From contig CM119268.1 of NCBI GenBank assembly GCA_051294375.1, forward strand, positions 9,355,074-9,419,073: a stretch of 64,000 nt of DNA, in the 5' to 3' direction. The notes beneath the pieces are model-generated. The model did no database searches, had not been told where the DNA came from, and saw only the letters and a list, made by a program, of their open reading frames with translations. Both the position numbers and the translations under genes were made by a program. The stretch's first letter is position 1; the number at the start of each line of letters is the position of its first letter. This document shows, one piece after another, positions 50,629-63,548 of the stretch. Source of the DNA: Paraspadella gotoi (Eukaryota > Animalia > Chaetognatha).

Positions 50629-51915
50629 ATGACTCGACTTATTGAAGCGTGTAAAAAACTTTTCGGAAAGGAAGGGCTCTACGACGTCTTGGGAATTGGG
50701 AAAGATGCATCAGGTATTTTTTTTTTAATTTTCAAATTCTCCTTTTCGTTTATGGTTTCGTTTATGGTTCCTATTAATCTATTTCTCATCAGCGTCCCAA
50801 GTGAAGAAATCCTACTACCGGATGTCCCTTCGAGTTCATCCGGATCGCGTTTCCGACGACGAAAAAGAAAGCGCGACCGCTAAGTTTCAAGCGCTTAGCC
50901 AAGTTTACGGCGTGCTCTCCGATTCGGAGGCCAGGTTGGAAATTACCGAGTTTACATCGTAACTGTATTAGATGATGACAAAAAACAACCTCACCGTCTT
51001 GCAGAAAAATTTACGACGAGACTGGAGTCGTGGACGACGACGAAGCGACGTCATCTTCCCGCGACTGGGCCGCCCACTGGCGCCGTATGTTCCCCAATGT
51101 CACGACCGACATGATCAACAACTTTTACGCCTCCTACCGAGGATCAAAGGAGGAGACGGACGATCTGAAGAACTACTACCGCCGATTCGGCGGCGACATG
51201 GAAATGATTCTCGAATGGATGATTCACGAGACGGAGGTCGACGCGATTCGGATTCAGCGTCTCCTCGAAGTGAGCCTAATGTTGTCAATTTGTTTGACGA
51301 TTTGTTATTTTACTTTGTTACTTACTTTACTTCACTTTGTTATATTTACTTCTATTGATTTATACCGCTTTCGATCTCCCAGCGGCTCATCGAAGGCGGC
51401 GAGTTGCAGAAGACATCTCGATTCACGCGGACCAAAGTGACGAAGCGTAAACAGTCGATTCGGCGGAAGCGCGCCGCCGACGAGGCCGCCGAGGCTGAAG
51501 ACATGCTTAGGCAAATTAAGAAGAAACACCGAATGTCGGAGGATGCCAGGTAATTGAAATTTTCGGGGAATTTTTTTATATTTGTAGTTTTACCAGTTGC
51601 CTTGTTTTGATATTTTTCTATTTTTTTTCCTATTTTTAAATCTTAATTTTATGCCCTATTCTCAGTTTGGAGTCGCTACTGCGAAAGAGAGCGGAGGAGA
51701 GGGAGTCGCTCAACGGGAGCTTCTTGGAAGCGTTAGAGGCCAAGTACGGAGGCGGTGCTCGGGGAGGTCGAGACGACGACGACGACGGCGAAGACGAAAT
51801 TGACGAAGACGACGGAAACAAAAAAGGCAAACCAAAGAAAACTAAAGCACCACCAGCGAATAAAGGAGACAATCGTCGTCGCGTCCTCAAAGCCAAAAGA
51901 AAGAGACGCACCTAG
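50629..51915 (+). CDS. DNAJC9: DnaJ homolog subfamily C member 9, multi-exon
   Basis: J-domain LYDVLGI...VHPDR...KFQAL, YRGSKEETDDLKNYY and FLEALEAKYG. Confidence 0.9.
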
Positions 51916-52893
51916 GGTCCCGATGATAATACGGGAAAACCTTAAGCCTCTCTCATCTCCAGAAGCTAGACTTTAGGAACAATACGATTACAAGAGCAAT
52001 CTCTCGTCGTCGTTGCTTTTGCTGGTTGTTATTTATGTATTTTCAAAGAATACAGGTTTTTTCCCCCGACGTCCCTAATATTAAATTCCGATCTTACCTC
52101 AGGGATAAACGTATGTACTGTATATGTTAATTTTAAACTAAAATTTTCTCTACAGTGAGAATTCCGTATTAATTAAGATGAAATTTTGATATCCTGTTCG
52201 CTGCCCGAGTTACCACTGTGTCTAACCTCATTAATTAGTTCTAGGCCTATTAATCTGACGTGATAGTTTCTTAATTGGAGCTATTGGATATCACAGAAGC
52301 TTAATTTGTCATTCGATGACAGTATTTCCTCATTTTCAAGTCATGGTGACTTCAGATCTGAAATTTCCTAAATGGCCGGAAGGGAATCGTTTTCGAGACC
52401 TGACGAAAGACGTAAAACGTTTGTCTTTAATGCCTAAAGATTATTTGTTGTGTTGAATGAAAAATTATCGATCATCGGTCACCTTATTTGTTTTTTCCAT
52501 TTTGTTGTTCACATATCTTCCATTGACAAAAGTTTTTCCCTTTGTTTATCCATAGATTATTGATATGGTTATGTTCTAAACTTAACCTAGGAATAAATGA
52601 TGAGGGATAGGTCCCAACAGAAGTTATGTAGTTGGAGACGTTCCTAATTTTTCCCGGTTAGGGAGACCTCCCTTCAAAAAAAATTTAAACAAAAAGTCAA
52701 GAAAGTGAAAATTATTCGCGAAGGAACCATGACGTCTCTGCTTCGAAGCTGCATTTCTCATGGCCATAGAATCGAATATCGGAAGCTTACGGGATCGAAA
52801 GAGTATTTCTCCACAAAAACAAGATTAATTTAAAAAAAAAATTAAATTCCCGTTGTCCCCAACATTTCTTGTTGGACTTCTTCGTCGGACACT

Positions 52894-54690
52894 ATGGTGT
52901 ATAAGAAATGCCCCGGCTGCGGAGAGTCGAAGGTTCCCGTCGCGCGAAAGAACTGTCCAGGATGTGGATACAACTACACCAAAAAAGAGGCGGAGGAGGA
53001 GGAAACCGCTGAAAAAAGAGCGGATTCGCCGAAAAAGGGAAGGGTAAGGGATTATGCCACGTTCTATTGAAAGATCAATACCTAACTCCACACTTCCTAT
53101 CCAACATCCTCACCTCAGTCCTCCCCCCGTACGGAAGAGAAGGCGTCTTCATCTCCTGCCAAGGAACCTCTCGGCGAGGGCGATGTGTCGCCGACCAGAG
53201 ATTCCCAAGTCAGATCAACTCCACTTCGCTCCTCCGTCGATACTAAGAAAAAGGAAAAGGAGAGATCTTCACCCAGCGGGGACGACAGCGGAGAGGAACA
53301 TTCCGTAAAGGTCTGCTATGGAAGGAGAACTAACTAGTTGGTGTGATTTATGTGGCTTAATTTTACTTTCGCAGACCGGGGTTGGGGCGAGGTTTAGGGT
53401 GGTTTAAAAGTGATTAGGGTTAGGGTAATTAAGTAAAAAGTTAAAAATTTTTTTAAAAAATAAGTATTTTTAAATGTTTTTTAAAAGACGCCAAAACCCC
53501 GGTCGGCGAAAGTAAAATCTTTTAGTTTTTAGTCGCCGCGAAGAAGAGGATAAAGAAAATATGAGACGCTTTTCTTTTTTCTGAGTTCACAATCACATTC
53601 ATAATTTTTTTTTTTTTCCTTTTTCACCATTCTCCCCGATCTTCATCAGAATCGACCTAAACGCAATGTGCGAAAGCCGCTGTTGCTGCGACACGAAATG
53701 GCCGTGGCCGCCGCCGTCGCCGCCGAAACTTCTTCCCTCAAGTCAGTTACAATGTCTGAATAATTCAACTCCTTATTGACCCAGTTTCCCTTTCTTTCAG
53801 ATCTCGCACGTGGAAATCGACTTCCGCGAAGCGCGGAGCCCGCGGAACTCTTAACGTGAGAGGAAAGAGAAGTCTTCCATCCGCAGGTCCATTATTCACG
53901 TTTGTCGCACGCTTCTACGTAAGGCACACCTTTTGGTTAATAATTATTTACAACGTATTTTTCCAAGGCCGTGGCCGAGTCGCTCCGGATGACCCGCCGA
54001 CCACCGTTCGCACCCTTCTTTCGCAACAACGCCGGCCTCGTGGCCGCCCCCGCGTTTGCCAAGGGGGCGGGGTAGGTGGCAGTGGCGGGTCCAGCGCCGC
54101 GACGATTGGCCGCAGCGGACATAAACCGGGACTGCGGGCCTCTCACACGACTCCGCCGACGAAACAGTGGAGCGAACGAGACGACGACGACGATGACGAC
54201 TACGATTACGGGCTCACGCTCCATCACAAAAAACAGATCAGGTTTTTTTTTTACTTCCCCCCCCCCCCGAGTGAAAGTAAAGGGTTTGCAATTTAGTCGT
54301 GCGCGCCTTTCGATTAAGCGAATCCTTGGATCAGACCAAGGGGCAAAGAACTCGGGAACTGATTCCCCGACGCGCCGCCAACACGTCCGTCGCACTGTCA
54401 TCCGATCAGCTCCAAGGATCGCCGGGCGACGTCAACGATTCTAATTTGTCCGATTCCAATTCGCCGAACAGTTCTAAGGTGCTTCTTGTTAATTTCTGGA
54501 AACGACCACATTAGGCTAATATTCCGTGTAGTCTTTAATTTTAACTTGGCCTTTCGTTTGACAGTCGGCGTCACCTTGTCCGGCAGAGGATGTTTATAAC
54601 AATCTTCCTCCGTACCGCATGCTACAATATGGCATCGTTCTCGGGGACATCAATCGAAAGTTTCTTAACCAAAGCTTTAAGCCGATGTGA
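52894..54690 (+). CDS. C16orf87: UPF0547/C16orf87-like zinc-ribbon protein, multi-exon
   Basis: N-terminal KKCPGCGESKVPVARKNCPGCGY, AT-hook-like RPRGRPR and a C-terminal DVYNNLPP...YGIVLGDINRKFLNQ. The start codon (a possible upstream exon at 52730) and middle exons are uncertain. Confidence 0.75.
53360..53518. mobile_element. Small MITE-like element containing TTAGGG units
   Basis: About 24-bp inverted ends ATTTTACTTTCGCAGACCGGGGTT / AACCCCGGTCGGCGAAAGTAAAAT (1 mismatch), with internal TTAGGG and TTAGGGTTAGGG. No clear TSD. Confidence 0.6.
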
Positions 54691-55121
54691 ATGTGAATGT
54701 TGTCGGCGCCGTCTTTGAAATGTGAAGCGAAGTGAAAGTTAACATTGCGACAAATTATTAACGTAGATTATCGTAGGTTATCGCCGCCATGTCTGACGAA
54801 TTAGTAATTTCTTTTAATCTCATATGTATGAAATTACTGATAATAGTATTCAAAGTCGTTCCCTGACTAGTTTTATTCCATTGTTTTATTTTATTTTTGC
54901 TTTTAGTCGGATGTAGATCTGCTCAAAATTTAAAAAAACTAGTAATTTTAAAATATTTTTTTCTTTGTAACTATGAAAATTAAATGATCAGAATTTATTT
55001 CTGACGAAAATGCCGAATAAATTATAATACATTTATTTATTCCATGTTTCAAATTTTTTTTTTTCTGCAGTCCATAAAATGAAGTAAACCAAATTATAAA
55101 GCAGAATTTCTTGATTCTAAA

Positions 55122-56153
55122 ATGATCGCGTTGAGGACATCGCGACTTTTCACCAAACGCTGGTCGGCCGTGCTGCTCGTAGTATTCGTCGTAATTGCTA
55201 GTCTCCCTTGGTCGCTCGCGGAGCAGAAGACTATGGGACAACAGCTTCTCGCTCCGGACGACACATCGCCGCGGGATGTTCGCAGTCCCTCCGCCGTCGC
55301 TCATATTCCCGGATTGGAGCAGGATTCCTTCATAGAGTCGCTAAAAATCAATCAGGTCTATTGTTGTTTTGTTATATTTTTTTTTAGATATTTTTTCATC
55401 AATGAGATTTAACTATGTCTTTCGATATTGCCGCAGGGTTTTATCCACGCTTTCGTGGCTTCGATCTCCGTAATTATTGTCTCCGAGCTCGGAGACAAGA
55501 CCTTCTTCATTGCAGCCATCATGGCCATGAAGCACGCCCGATCCACGGTCTTCGGTGGAGCCATCACCGCCCTCGGACTCATGACCCTACTTTCCGCGCT
55601 CGGCGGCACCCTGGTCACCAAAGTCATCCCCCGCTCCTACACCTACTACCTATCGGCAGTGCTTTTCCTCGTTTTTGGGGTCAAAATGCTGAAGGAGGGG
55701 TACGAGATGGCGCCCGACGAGGGACAAGAAGAGTACGAGGAGGTTCAGGCCGAGCTTCGGCGGCGGGACGAAGAAGTGGATAAGGACCCGGAGACGGGGG
55801 GCGGGGTCGGCGCCGCGTCCTCCGGAGTGGGCGTATCACCGGCGGTGTCTTCCTCGACGACCCGCTTCCTGCGCCGTTTTTTCCCTCGAATCTTCCTCCA
55901 GTCGTTGACGTTGACTTTTCTCGCCGAGTGGGGCGACCGATCACAAATCGCCACCGTCGTCCTGGCGGCTCGGGAGGATCTTACCGGCGTCGTCGTTGGA
56001 GGAACGATCGGCCACGCCCTCTGTACGGGACTTGCGGTCCTCGGCGGTCGTATGATCGCCCAGCGAATCTCCGTTCGTTCCGTAACTCTGGTGGGCGGCG
56101 TCGTGTTCGTCTTCTTCGCTCTCTCGGCGTTCCTCTTCAATCCCAGCGATTGA
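55122..56153 (+). CDS. TMEM165: GDT1 family Ca2+/Mn2+ exchanger TMEM165, 2 exons
   Basis: Signal peptide and two family motifs, ELGDKTF and EWGDRSQ. Confidence 0.95.
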
Positions 56154-57233
56154 GTCGAGATTTCGTTTTCGTCCGAGAGCGAGCGAGTCAAATCTCTTGG
56201 TGCCATAAAACTTTGTTTTTACGAGTCGTCTAATCCGTCTGTGGTCGATTTTTAGTGATCGTTTTGAGGGATCGGAGAGTACGTTCTCGGAAGGGGGCTC
56301 TAATTAATAAGTTTCTGATATTAGATGTATGTTTTTTTTCAAATGTAATAATTTTTTACGATTTGGGTCGGAGGAAACATTCTTTTTTAAAGATGTTAAA
56401 AATAGACTTAGTAGTACCATATTATATTTATACACTTTGTTTTTATGATTACCGAACCCTGTATCATTTTTTTCTTGGAGCTTTTGGTATAGTTTTGATT
56501 ATATAAAATCAATCTTAAATGTCATTTACTAAATTTATAAAATGTCCTCCAAGTTCAATACGACGAAGCTCAATAATGCATAATTAATATCTGATTTACA
56601 ATGATCGTCTTGAAGACTAGCGAAATAACAAATTAGCGATAAAAGTTCCATTTAAAATATTTTTCTCGTTCATTTAAGATTTAATGGGAAGAAATAGAAC
56701 TATTGCAGTTAATTTTGCGTGTCTCGTACTTAAATCTCACAAAATCATTCGTCCTCGACCAAGTGATAATGTTAGAAACAATTTGTAGAGAACGCGCTCT
56801 TCCCTTATAAAATTGATAAAACCAATATAAAAATTATCCATTCATTTAATAAACAAGCTATCTTGCCCCTGACTTTGGACAGGCTTTGCGAGAAAGGATG
56901 TTAAGCTCCACCATTTATATTTTTTGCTTCTGATTTTTCTGTCTATTGAACCACAAATTTTATAAAACAATGAACCCCTTTTTTCTTGATCTCAAGCAAG
57001 CGCAACCGCGAATGGCGAAGCGGCGGTCTTGCCGCCTCGAACGAACATTAAAGACTCGGCCCGAGAAAAAGATTGGAATCGGTCCCCGAATCGTGATCCT
57101 GTGATTCAAAGACGCGCCCACGGCGAGAAGACCCAAAGAGCTTTCATTCTTCCTCGATCCTATATCGGGTTTATCTTTTACTCGCGCACACATGCGTTTC
57201 CGGTAGCAGTATTTTTTCTTTCTTGTCAAAGCC

Positions 57234-60133
57234 ATGGAGGTTCCTCAGACTGTGATTCAGACGAGAACGACCGGCCGCGGCACCGCTGGCGGTGCGAATC
57301 CCACCCACTCCTCCGAGGGGCGGCCGCCGGGAGGGCAGCGTCTCGTCTCTTTCGTGGATTCTTCGAACGACGTCGGCGTCGCCGCAGCCGTCGGACACGA
57401 GCCCTCTTCTCATCATCATCTTAATCCGCTCTTCGACTTTCCGGAAAAATGTTCCGTCGAAAAATCTGAGTCGGAGACTTTGGACTATCCCCTTCACCCG
57501 GTCAAACAGACCGAAGGCACCAAGCCTGCGTTGGCAAAGCGGCAATCGACCAAACAGCTACTTCGCCCCAAAAATTCGCTGGAACATGAGGTTAGCGCTC
57601 GCGACACCGTGGAGAAGATCGCCATCCGCTATGGAACCACGCCGTCGGCCATCTGCAAGATGAACAAGATGGCCTCGCGCATGATTTTTCCGGGACAGGT
57701 GCTCTTCGTTCCAGATCCCGACGCGCCGCCTCCGTCTCCCTCGCCGACCAAGGAAGCTACTTCGCCTCCGCCGACGACCTCATCCGGCGGTGACATTATG
57801 TTCCCTGCAGCCGCCACCTCAACCGCCGTGGATGATAACTTACCCAAGATCCTACCCTCGCTCCCGACTCTTTCTTCCGTGGCGGAGGGCGTGAGCGAGG
57901 TCGGCAAGGATGCGGGCGCCACGGCCACTTCTCAAATCTCCAACCTCTTTTCTAAACTTAACCCGGCGACGCACATCTCCCGAAGCTCCTTTCGCAAAAA
58001 GCGCGAGAAGCGAGGCAGCGGCGGTAGCGATGACGAGTCCGGCATGGCATCGTCGGGCGATATCGACCCCGACCAGGAGTGTCTAGAGAGGTTTATAAAA
58101 CTCAGTGCCAAGCACATTACTGACGGGCGCGGCGTCGTAGGTGGCACATTGCTGGTAACTCCTAACGCCGTGATGTTTGACCCGGATGTTATGGATCCGC
58201 TGGTGCGAGAGAACGGCCCTGAGATGTTCGGCATGATCGCGCCTATGGAGTGTATCATGAGCTCCGCCATTTACCATGACATATCCCCAATGACCGTCGA
58301 TGGGACGCCGGGAGAGCGTGACTCGGCCGCCGTCTATCATGACAAAACGTGTCCGCTCTATGAGAAGCAGGGACGAGGGAGATGCAGCGAGGACCAAGGC
58401 GCTGAACCGCCTCAAGGAAATGAGGAGGAAGGGTCCGATTCGAATTTCACCGACGACCGGAAGCGACCGTCGCCCGAAGTTTCTCCCGAGCAGCGATTCT
58501 CCGTCGCTCTCGCCGAAGGACTTTTGCGTCATGAAAAGCGTCGGCGTCGAGTTCCAGGTCGCAGCGCCACTCTGCCAGAACAACAGGAGGCGCCGAGCGC
58601 TACGCCAGAGCGACGGTGTCGATGTTCATCAAGCTCCGACGAGCGGCAACGCAGTCCAGAGAAATCCCAGGCCACCGCCCCGGCGTCTCTGGAGGCGGAT
58701 TTCGACGCCGCCTTCGAAACGCCTACGAACGACGAGCAAAAGAAGATGCCGTTGATCGAATCCTCTCCCGAAGCTTCGGCGAAGGTTCCGTTGCTTGCTG
58801 CAGTTCACGAAATATTGGGTGAGGCCGACGACGACTCATTTCAGCAACCATGCGACGAGTGTCCGGAGGACTCTGCCACTCCTTCAGCTAGCTCCTCGAA
58901 AGTTTTGCTCAGCACCGAATTCTCTTCCTCCGAGCCCCCAATCGCCTGCTTAACGACGACGTACCCGGGTCTCGGCGCCGGCGATAGAAGCGATCTCGAA
59001 CCCAGCGGCCTGGAACTGGCCAAACCGGAGAATTCCTCTCTGGAGACGAAAGACGTCGAAGATGAAGCTTTCGTCGTCGTCGAAAATATGGGTCCGGAGG
59101 AGGCCCAGCATCTATTCGTTCCTATAGAAACGCTTTTGCCGAAGCCTCAGGACCCAACGGTAGGGGTTTGGCAAGAACCCCCACTTTATCTCTGTCTGCG
59201 CGTCGGACAACCGCTCAACAAAAAAATCCCTCTTACCGGACCGATCGCCGCTTACGCGAGAAAGAAAAAACGTCCGGAATACTGGTTCTCAATTCCAAAA
59301 GAGAGGTGAGGATCGTGTGGAGATTGCTGGATTTATTGGAGACTTTGAAGTGTCGCAAAATCTATTCATTCCTCTTTTTTTTTTTTTATTCTCTCAGAGC
59401 ACCTCATTTGTACGCCTTTTTTCTTCAATGGACGCCGGAAGTCTATGATAATCAGGATTTAGAACAGCAACAGGCCTTCGTCCTTCTGGGAAACGACGAC
59501 GACGAGGACGAATTCATCCGACAGCTCCCCGTCTCCAAGCAGTGGGAGATCGTCAACACGGACGAGATCGAGCGTCGCCGTTCGCTCCTTCTCGAAGAAT
59601 CCTATCCCCCGCCCGAGCTTCTCGGCGTCTCCCAGATTCTTGACGCGGATTTGGCGAAGCAACTTAACTTCCACCTTCCTGCACGCACTGTCGGTTATCC
59701 GTGGTCTCTGACCTTTTCCACCGAAGAACACGGATTCTCCTTAAGTTCCCTCTACAGAAAGATGGCCGCCCTTCCCGAGGGACCGGTCCTGCTCTTCATT
59801 CAAGACACTCAAGGACGCGTGTTCGGTGCGATGTCTTCTTGCGCCTTTGTCGTCAGCGATCATTTCTATGGAAACGGGGAAATGTTTCTTTTTTCGCGGG
59901 CAGATTCCGGGGATTTGCGGTGCTACCCATGGTCCGGCGAAAATAATTTCTTTATTAAGGGCAACAAAGAGAGCCTGGCCATTGGCGCTGGTGAGGGCTT
60001 GTTTGGACTTTGGTTGGACGAGGATTTGTACCATGGCCGGAGTCACCCATGCCCAACCTTTGCCAATGAGACCCTCTCGACCAAAGAGGACTTTGTCATC
60101 AAAATTCTCGAAATTTGGACCTTTTTGGAGTAA
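57234..60133 (+). CDS. OXR1: OXR1/NCOA7 (mustard)-family LysM-GRAM-TLDc protein, 2 exons
   Basis: LysM (DTVEKIAIRYGTTPSAICKMN...IFPGQVLFVP), GRAM-like TDGRGVVGGTLLVTPNAVMFDP, PEYWFSIP and TLDc FSTEEHGFSL...FYGNGEMFLF...FGLWLD. Confidence 0.92.
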
Positions 60134-61286
60134 ATTAGCTCGAGAGTTATAAAGGCGACAATTGCGTAGACATCAATCTAATTTTTAAAAGCCAAAAATG
60201 CGTGAAAAGGTTTATTGAGCTTAACATATTTAAAGGTACTCGGTAAATTGCAAGTTTTAGAAGAAAACCAAATGCGTAAAACTGACATTACGGAATTTCG
60301 ACTTCACTCTCAACAGCACAAGCGGTTTTCCTATGAACTGTTGTAAGAGCACTCGTACTGATTTCATAGAACAGAAAAAGATCAGATTGACCATCTGGTG
60401 AATCACCAGTGGTGATGGGTTGGGTTTTTTCTTATCTAATGTTATTGTTATCTTGTCAGTTGAGAGCGTCTCGAAAATTCGTTTTGTTTTTCTTTTTGTG
60501 ACGACCAGTAAAAATTTGTTTACCTTTACTAAAATTTGGATTAGGCGGTATTTTTTTATTTCGCACTGAACCCACCTCTTAAAGTCTATCAGCACGTTTT
60601 TCCGTGTGCGTTTGAAGTCTGAAGTATAAGCGCGCGGTGCTGCAGTCGACATAACTTTATTTTACGTTCTTTTGTGATATGGTAGTCGTAGTATTTCAAT
60701 AATCTTTAGATCGCCATAAAATTCACCTGCACTTTGAAAAATTTTAACCACAAGTTATTTTCGCTCATTCAAGTTTTAATTTTTATAAAGTTTTTCTCTT
60801 TGAAAACTTCAAATCGGGTTAATATCAAATAGACCCTCTTCAATAAATGATTTTTTAAAAAAGCTTTATTTTTTGCCATACTACATACACTATTTTGCAA
60901 TTTGCATAATTGGGAAAGAAATGCATATGTATATTATTTAAGAAATGCATATGTATATAATAATACAAGGTAATTTTTTTAATGTGAGGTATTACAAATT
61001 CAGTATTTAAAATTCAACAATTAGATGAAAATATTTGTATATTTAAAACTTATAGACCGACTTAACATATTTAAATGCGAGTTTGATGATAATTTTATCT
61101 TTACAGCACATTTTAAAATTTAATTTAACTTTTGTTTTATTAACACATTGTTTGTTTTTAAGCCTGATCTTGTCACATTTTTAACCAAGTCAAGTAAATA
61201 ACGAAAATTATCAGAATCTTGAAATGAATAATTTTTTTAGGTAATACTTTTAGAATATTTCATTTTTGTAGGTATTTTTATTTTGA

Positions 61287-61513
61287 GTTTCAAATAAAGA
61301 CGAAGTATTTTTGCAACAACGCTTAGTTTTTATTTTAAACAGACATGTTTCGGCTTTAATATAAGCGTTTTTATTCGAATGCAACAAGGTTGATTCAGTA
61401 CAGAAAACAAAGAAAACATGCATACATACATAAGCCTTCATTAAAGCCGAAACATGGCTGTTTAAAACAAAAACTAATCGTTGTTGGAAAAAGTCTTCGT
61501 CTTTATTTCAAAC
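61287..61513. repeat. Inverted repeat built from hammerhead-like (Penelope-like terminal repeat) fragments
   Basis: Arms at about 61287-61360 and 61440-61513 are imperfect reverse complements. They contain AAAGCC-GAAA-CATG-TC (left arm, minus strand) and AAAGCC-GAAA-CATG-GC (right arm). Confidence 0.65.
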
Positions 61514-63548
61514 ACAACGAAATAGAAAGAATTTTCGCAAGGTATTTTTAGTATATAGTAATTTATTGGGTCATAGAAATGAACTAATATCAAGTGTAAA
61601 AACTGCAACCATAATATAATGAACCTGTTTATTACTCAAAACAGTCTTTTTTGTCATATCCTGTGATTTAATGTAAGAAGTAGTAATAAGTTAAAATACT
61701 AATTTTATGGGAATAAACTAACACTGAATATCATTTAAATTAATCAAATATTTACAGAATTGCAAGTATAAAAAAAATCTTGAAAAATATTGTAGAGCAG
61801 AAATACTTCCAGTAAAATTTCCATAAAATTTTCCAATCCATTGTGAAAAATAAAAATGTCCTATTTTTCTGTATCAATCAACCGACCAACGAAGCTTTTA
61901 AGCATTTCTCTCCTCTCGTCTAGAAGAATATGCATATACATAGCAAGCAGGAAAAAAGATGCTCTCGCGCCAATTTTTCTACACGCACAAGCGTCATACT
62001 GGGACTATGATTCAATTGCAGAGCATTTCTTGTTTTTTTAACTCAACTAAATTTTCAACTATTTATGAGTCTTGAGAAAGATTTATGTTTCTACAAATAT
62101 TTTTGGTTGATTGATCAATAAAGAAGGTTTAAAAATATCTTAATATATGTTCCTCAGGTGGTGAGAAATCAACCTTTCAATCACGAATTTCTCCTTCATC
62201 AGAGATTAGCAATTCTGTATTCATCACTTTCATATAAAATAATCACAGCTCAAGAACTGTCATGCTAAAAATTTTAAATGTAGTGATTTATTGTGACAGT
62301 GCCAGTGTTGTGTGTCCGTCAGATTTCCTATCCGGCGAATTATATGTAAATTCCTTTAATTTAAATAGGTCTGGTTTCGCAGAAGCTTAATGAAAGTAGG
62401 TTTGTGAACCACATTTATTTGTTTACTTTGCCAAAGTCCTACTCGTCAATGGTTTTTCTAAAAATTGTTATCAGTTTTGTCTACATAATCGTATTACACT
62501 TTACAGACAAGATAAAATTCCTGACTTAAAGATTCGCCCAATCAGAATGATACTTAGTTTTTGCCCCCGATGTACTAATAAATCTGTTCTCAGAACAAAA
62601 GTAATAAACTTTATTACCTCAAGAGTCGTCCGTGCGAGGGGGAGGGTTTTGGTTTTTAGCAACTAGTCATATTCTGTTTCAGTAAATAAACAACCAAGTG
62701 ATTGTCTATCATCTTATTCTGTATTTGCCCTGAAAGAAACGTTGATTATCGAATTCCTAACATTTTGTCCACAGAACTAAAAGAATTAATTACACCGAGA
62801 AAACTTCCATCACTTTTTGAAACGAAAAAAAAATGTGTGAAACAACCCACAATAATTTCAAAGGAAGGTAATATCGTGCGAGCATGCGTTTTGACATTAA
62901 GCTTCGGTTTTTATTGCTTATTAATTTTATTCTTATATTTATCCAAAAAGTAAGTTTTGTTTTGTTTTAATAATACTCAAATTTAATGTGGGATAATTTA
63001 TCTTTGTCAAATATTAATTTTTACAATTTTTTTTCATTATGTTAAGTTTCTCTCTTTTCGTTGCGTTTCGGAATTTAGGAAAAACAGTTTTTGGTGACGA
63101 TTGGTCAAATAAAAATCGTTGTTTGTCACCAAAAACTGTTTTCCTAAATTTTTTTTCAAAATTAAATTTACCAGCTTTTCCATTTTTTATTTTATCTCTT
63201 TATCTCTCTCACATTTATTCATTCAATTACTCAATGCAATTTATTTAATTTTATCTCAATTCTTTCATTTTTTAAATTAAATATTTTTTTTTTCATTCAT
63301 TTAATTCAATTCATTTCATATTTATTTAATCTCATATAATTTAATCTCATTCAATCTCATTTAAAATTATATTAAATAATCATCCCTAACATTTATTTTT
63401 TATATTAAGCCAAGCTTGTTTTGTATTAAGCTTATTTTTCCCATATCAAATATGATAAAATAAAAGTTTGTCGTAGGTCCAAAAGTAGTATATATTTGTA
63501 TTTATTTTAATTTTTTCACTATTTTTTTCTTCAATTACTTTTTTATTT

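Noticed and set aside
10256-56640. Recurrent TTAGCG word in several spacers (about 10258, 15598, 20703, 30408, 31831, 56633)
   Set aside because: It also occurs in introns and may simply reflect TTAG acceptor-like words. Enrichment cannot be established without a count against background.
6721-60152. Numerous antisense and alternative-frame ORFs overlapping real exons
   Set aside because: These are shadow ORFs expected from GC-rich codon usage, and none shows an independent protein motif.
60257-60652. 131-aa minus-strand ORF after OXR1
   Set aside because: No recognisable domain and AT-rich composition unlike the real exons here. Not supported as a gene.
62160-62215. Minus-strand CTGATGA...GAAA spacing
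   Set aside because: The intervening sequence cannot form stem II and no cleavage triplet or stem I is evident.
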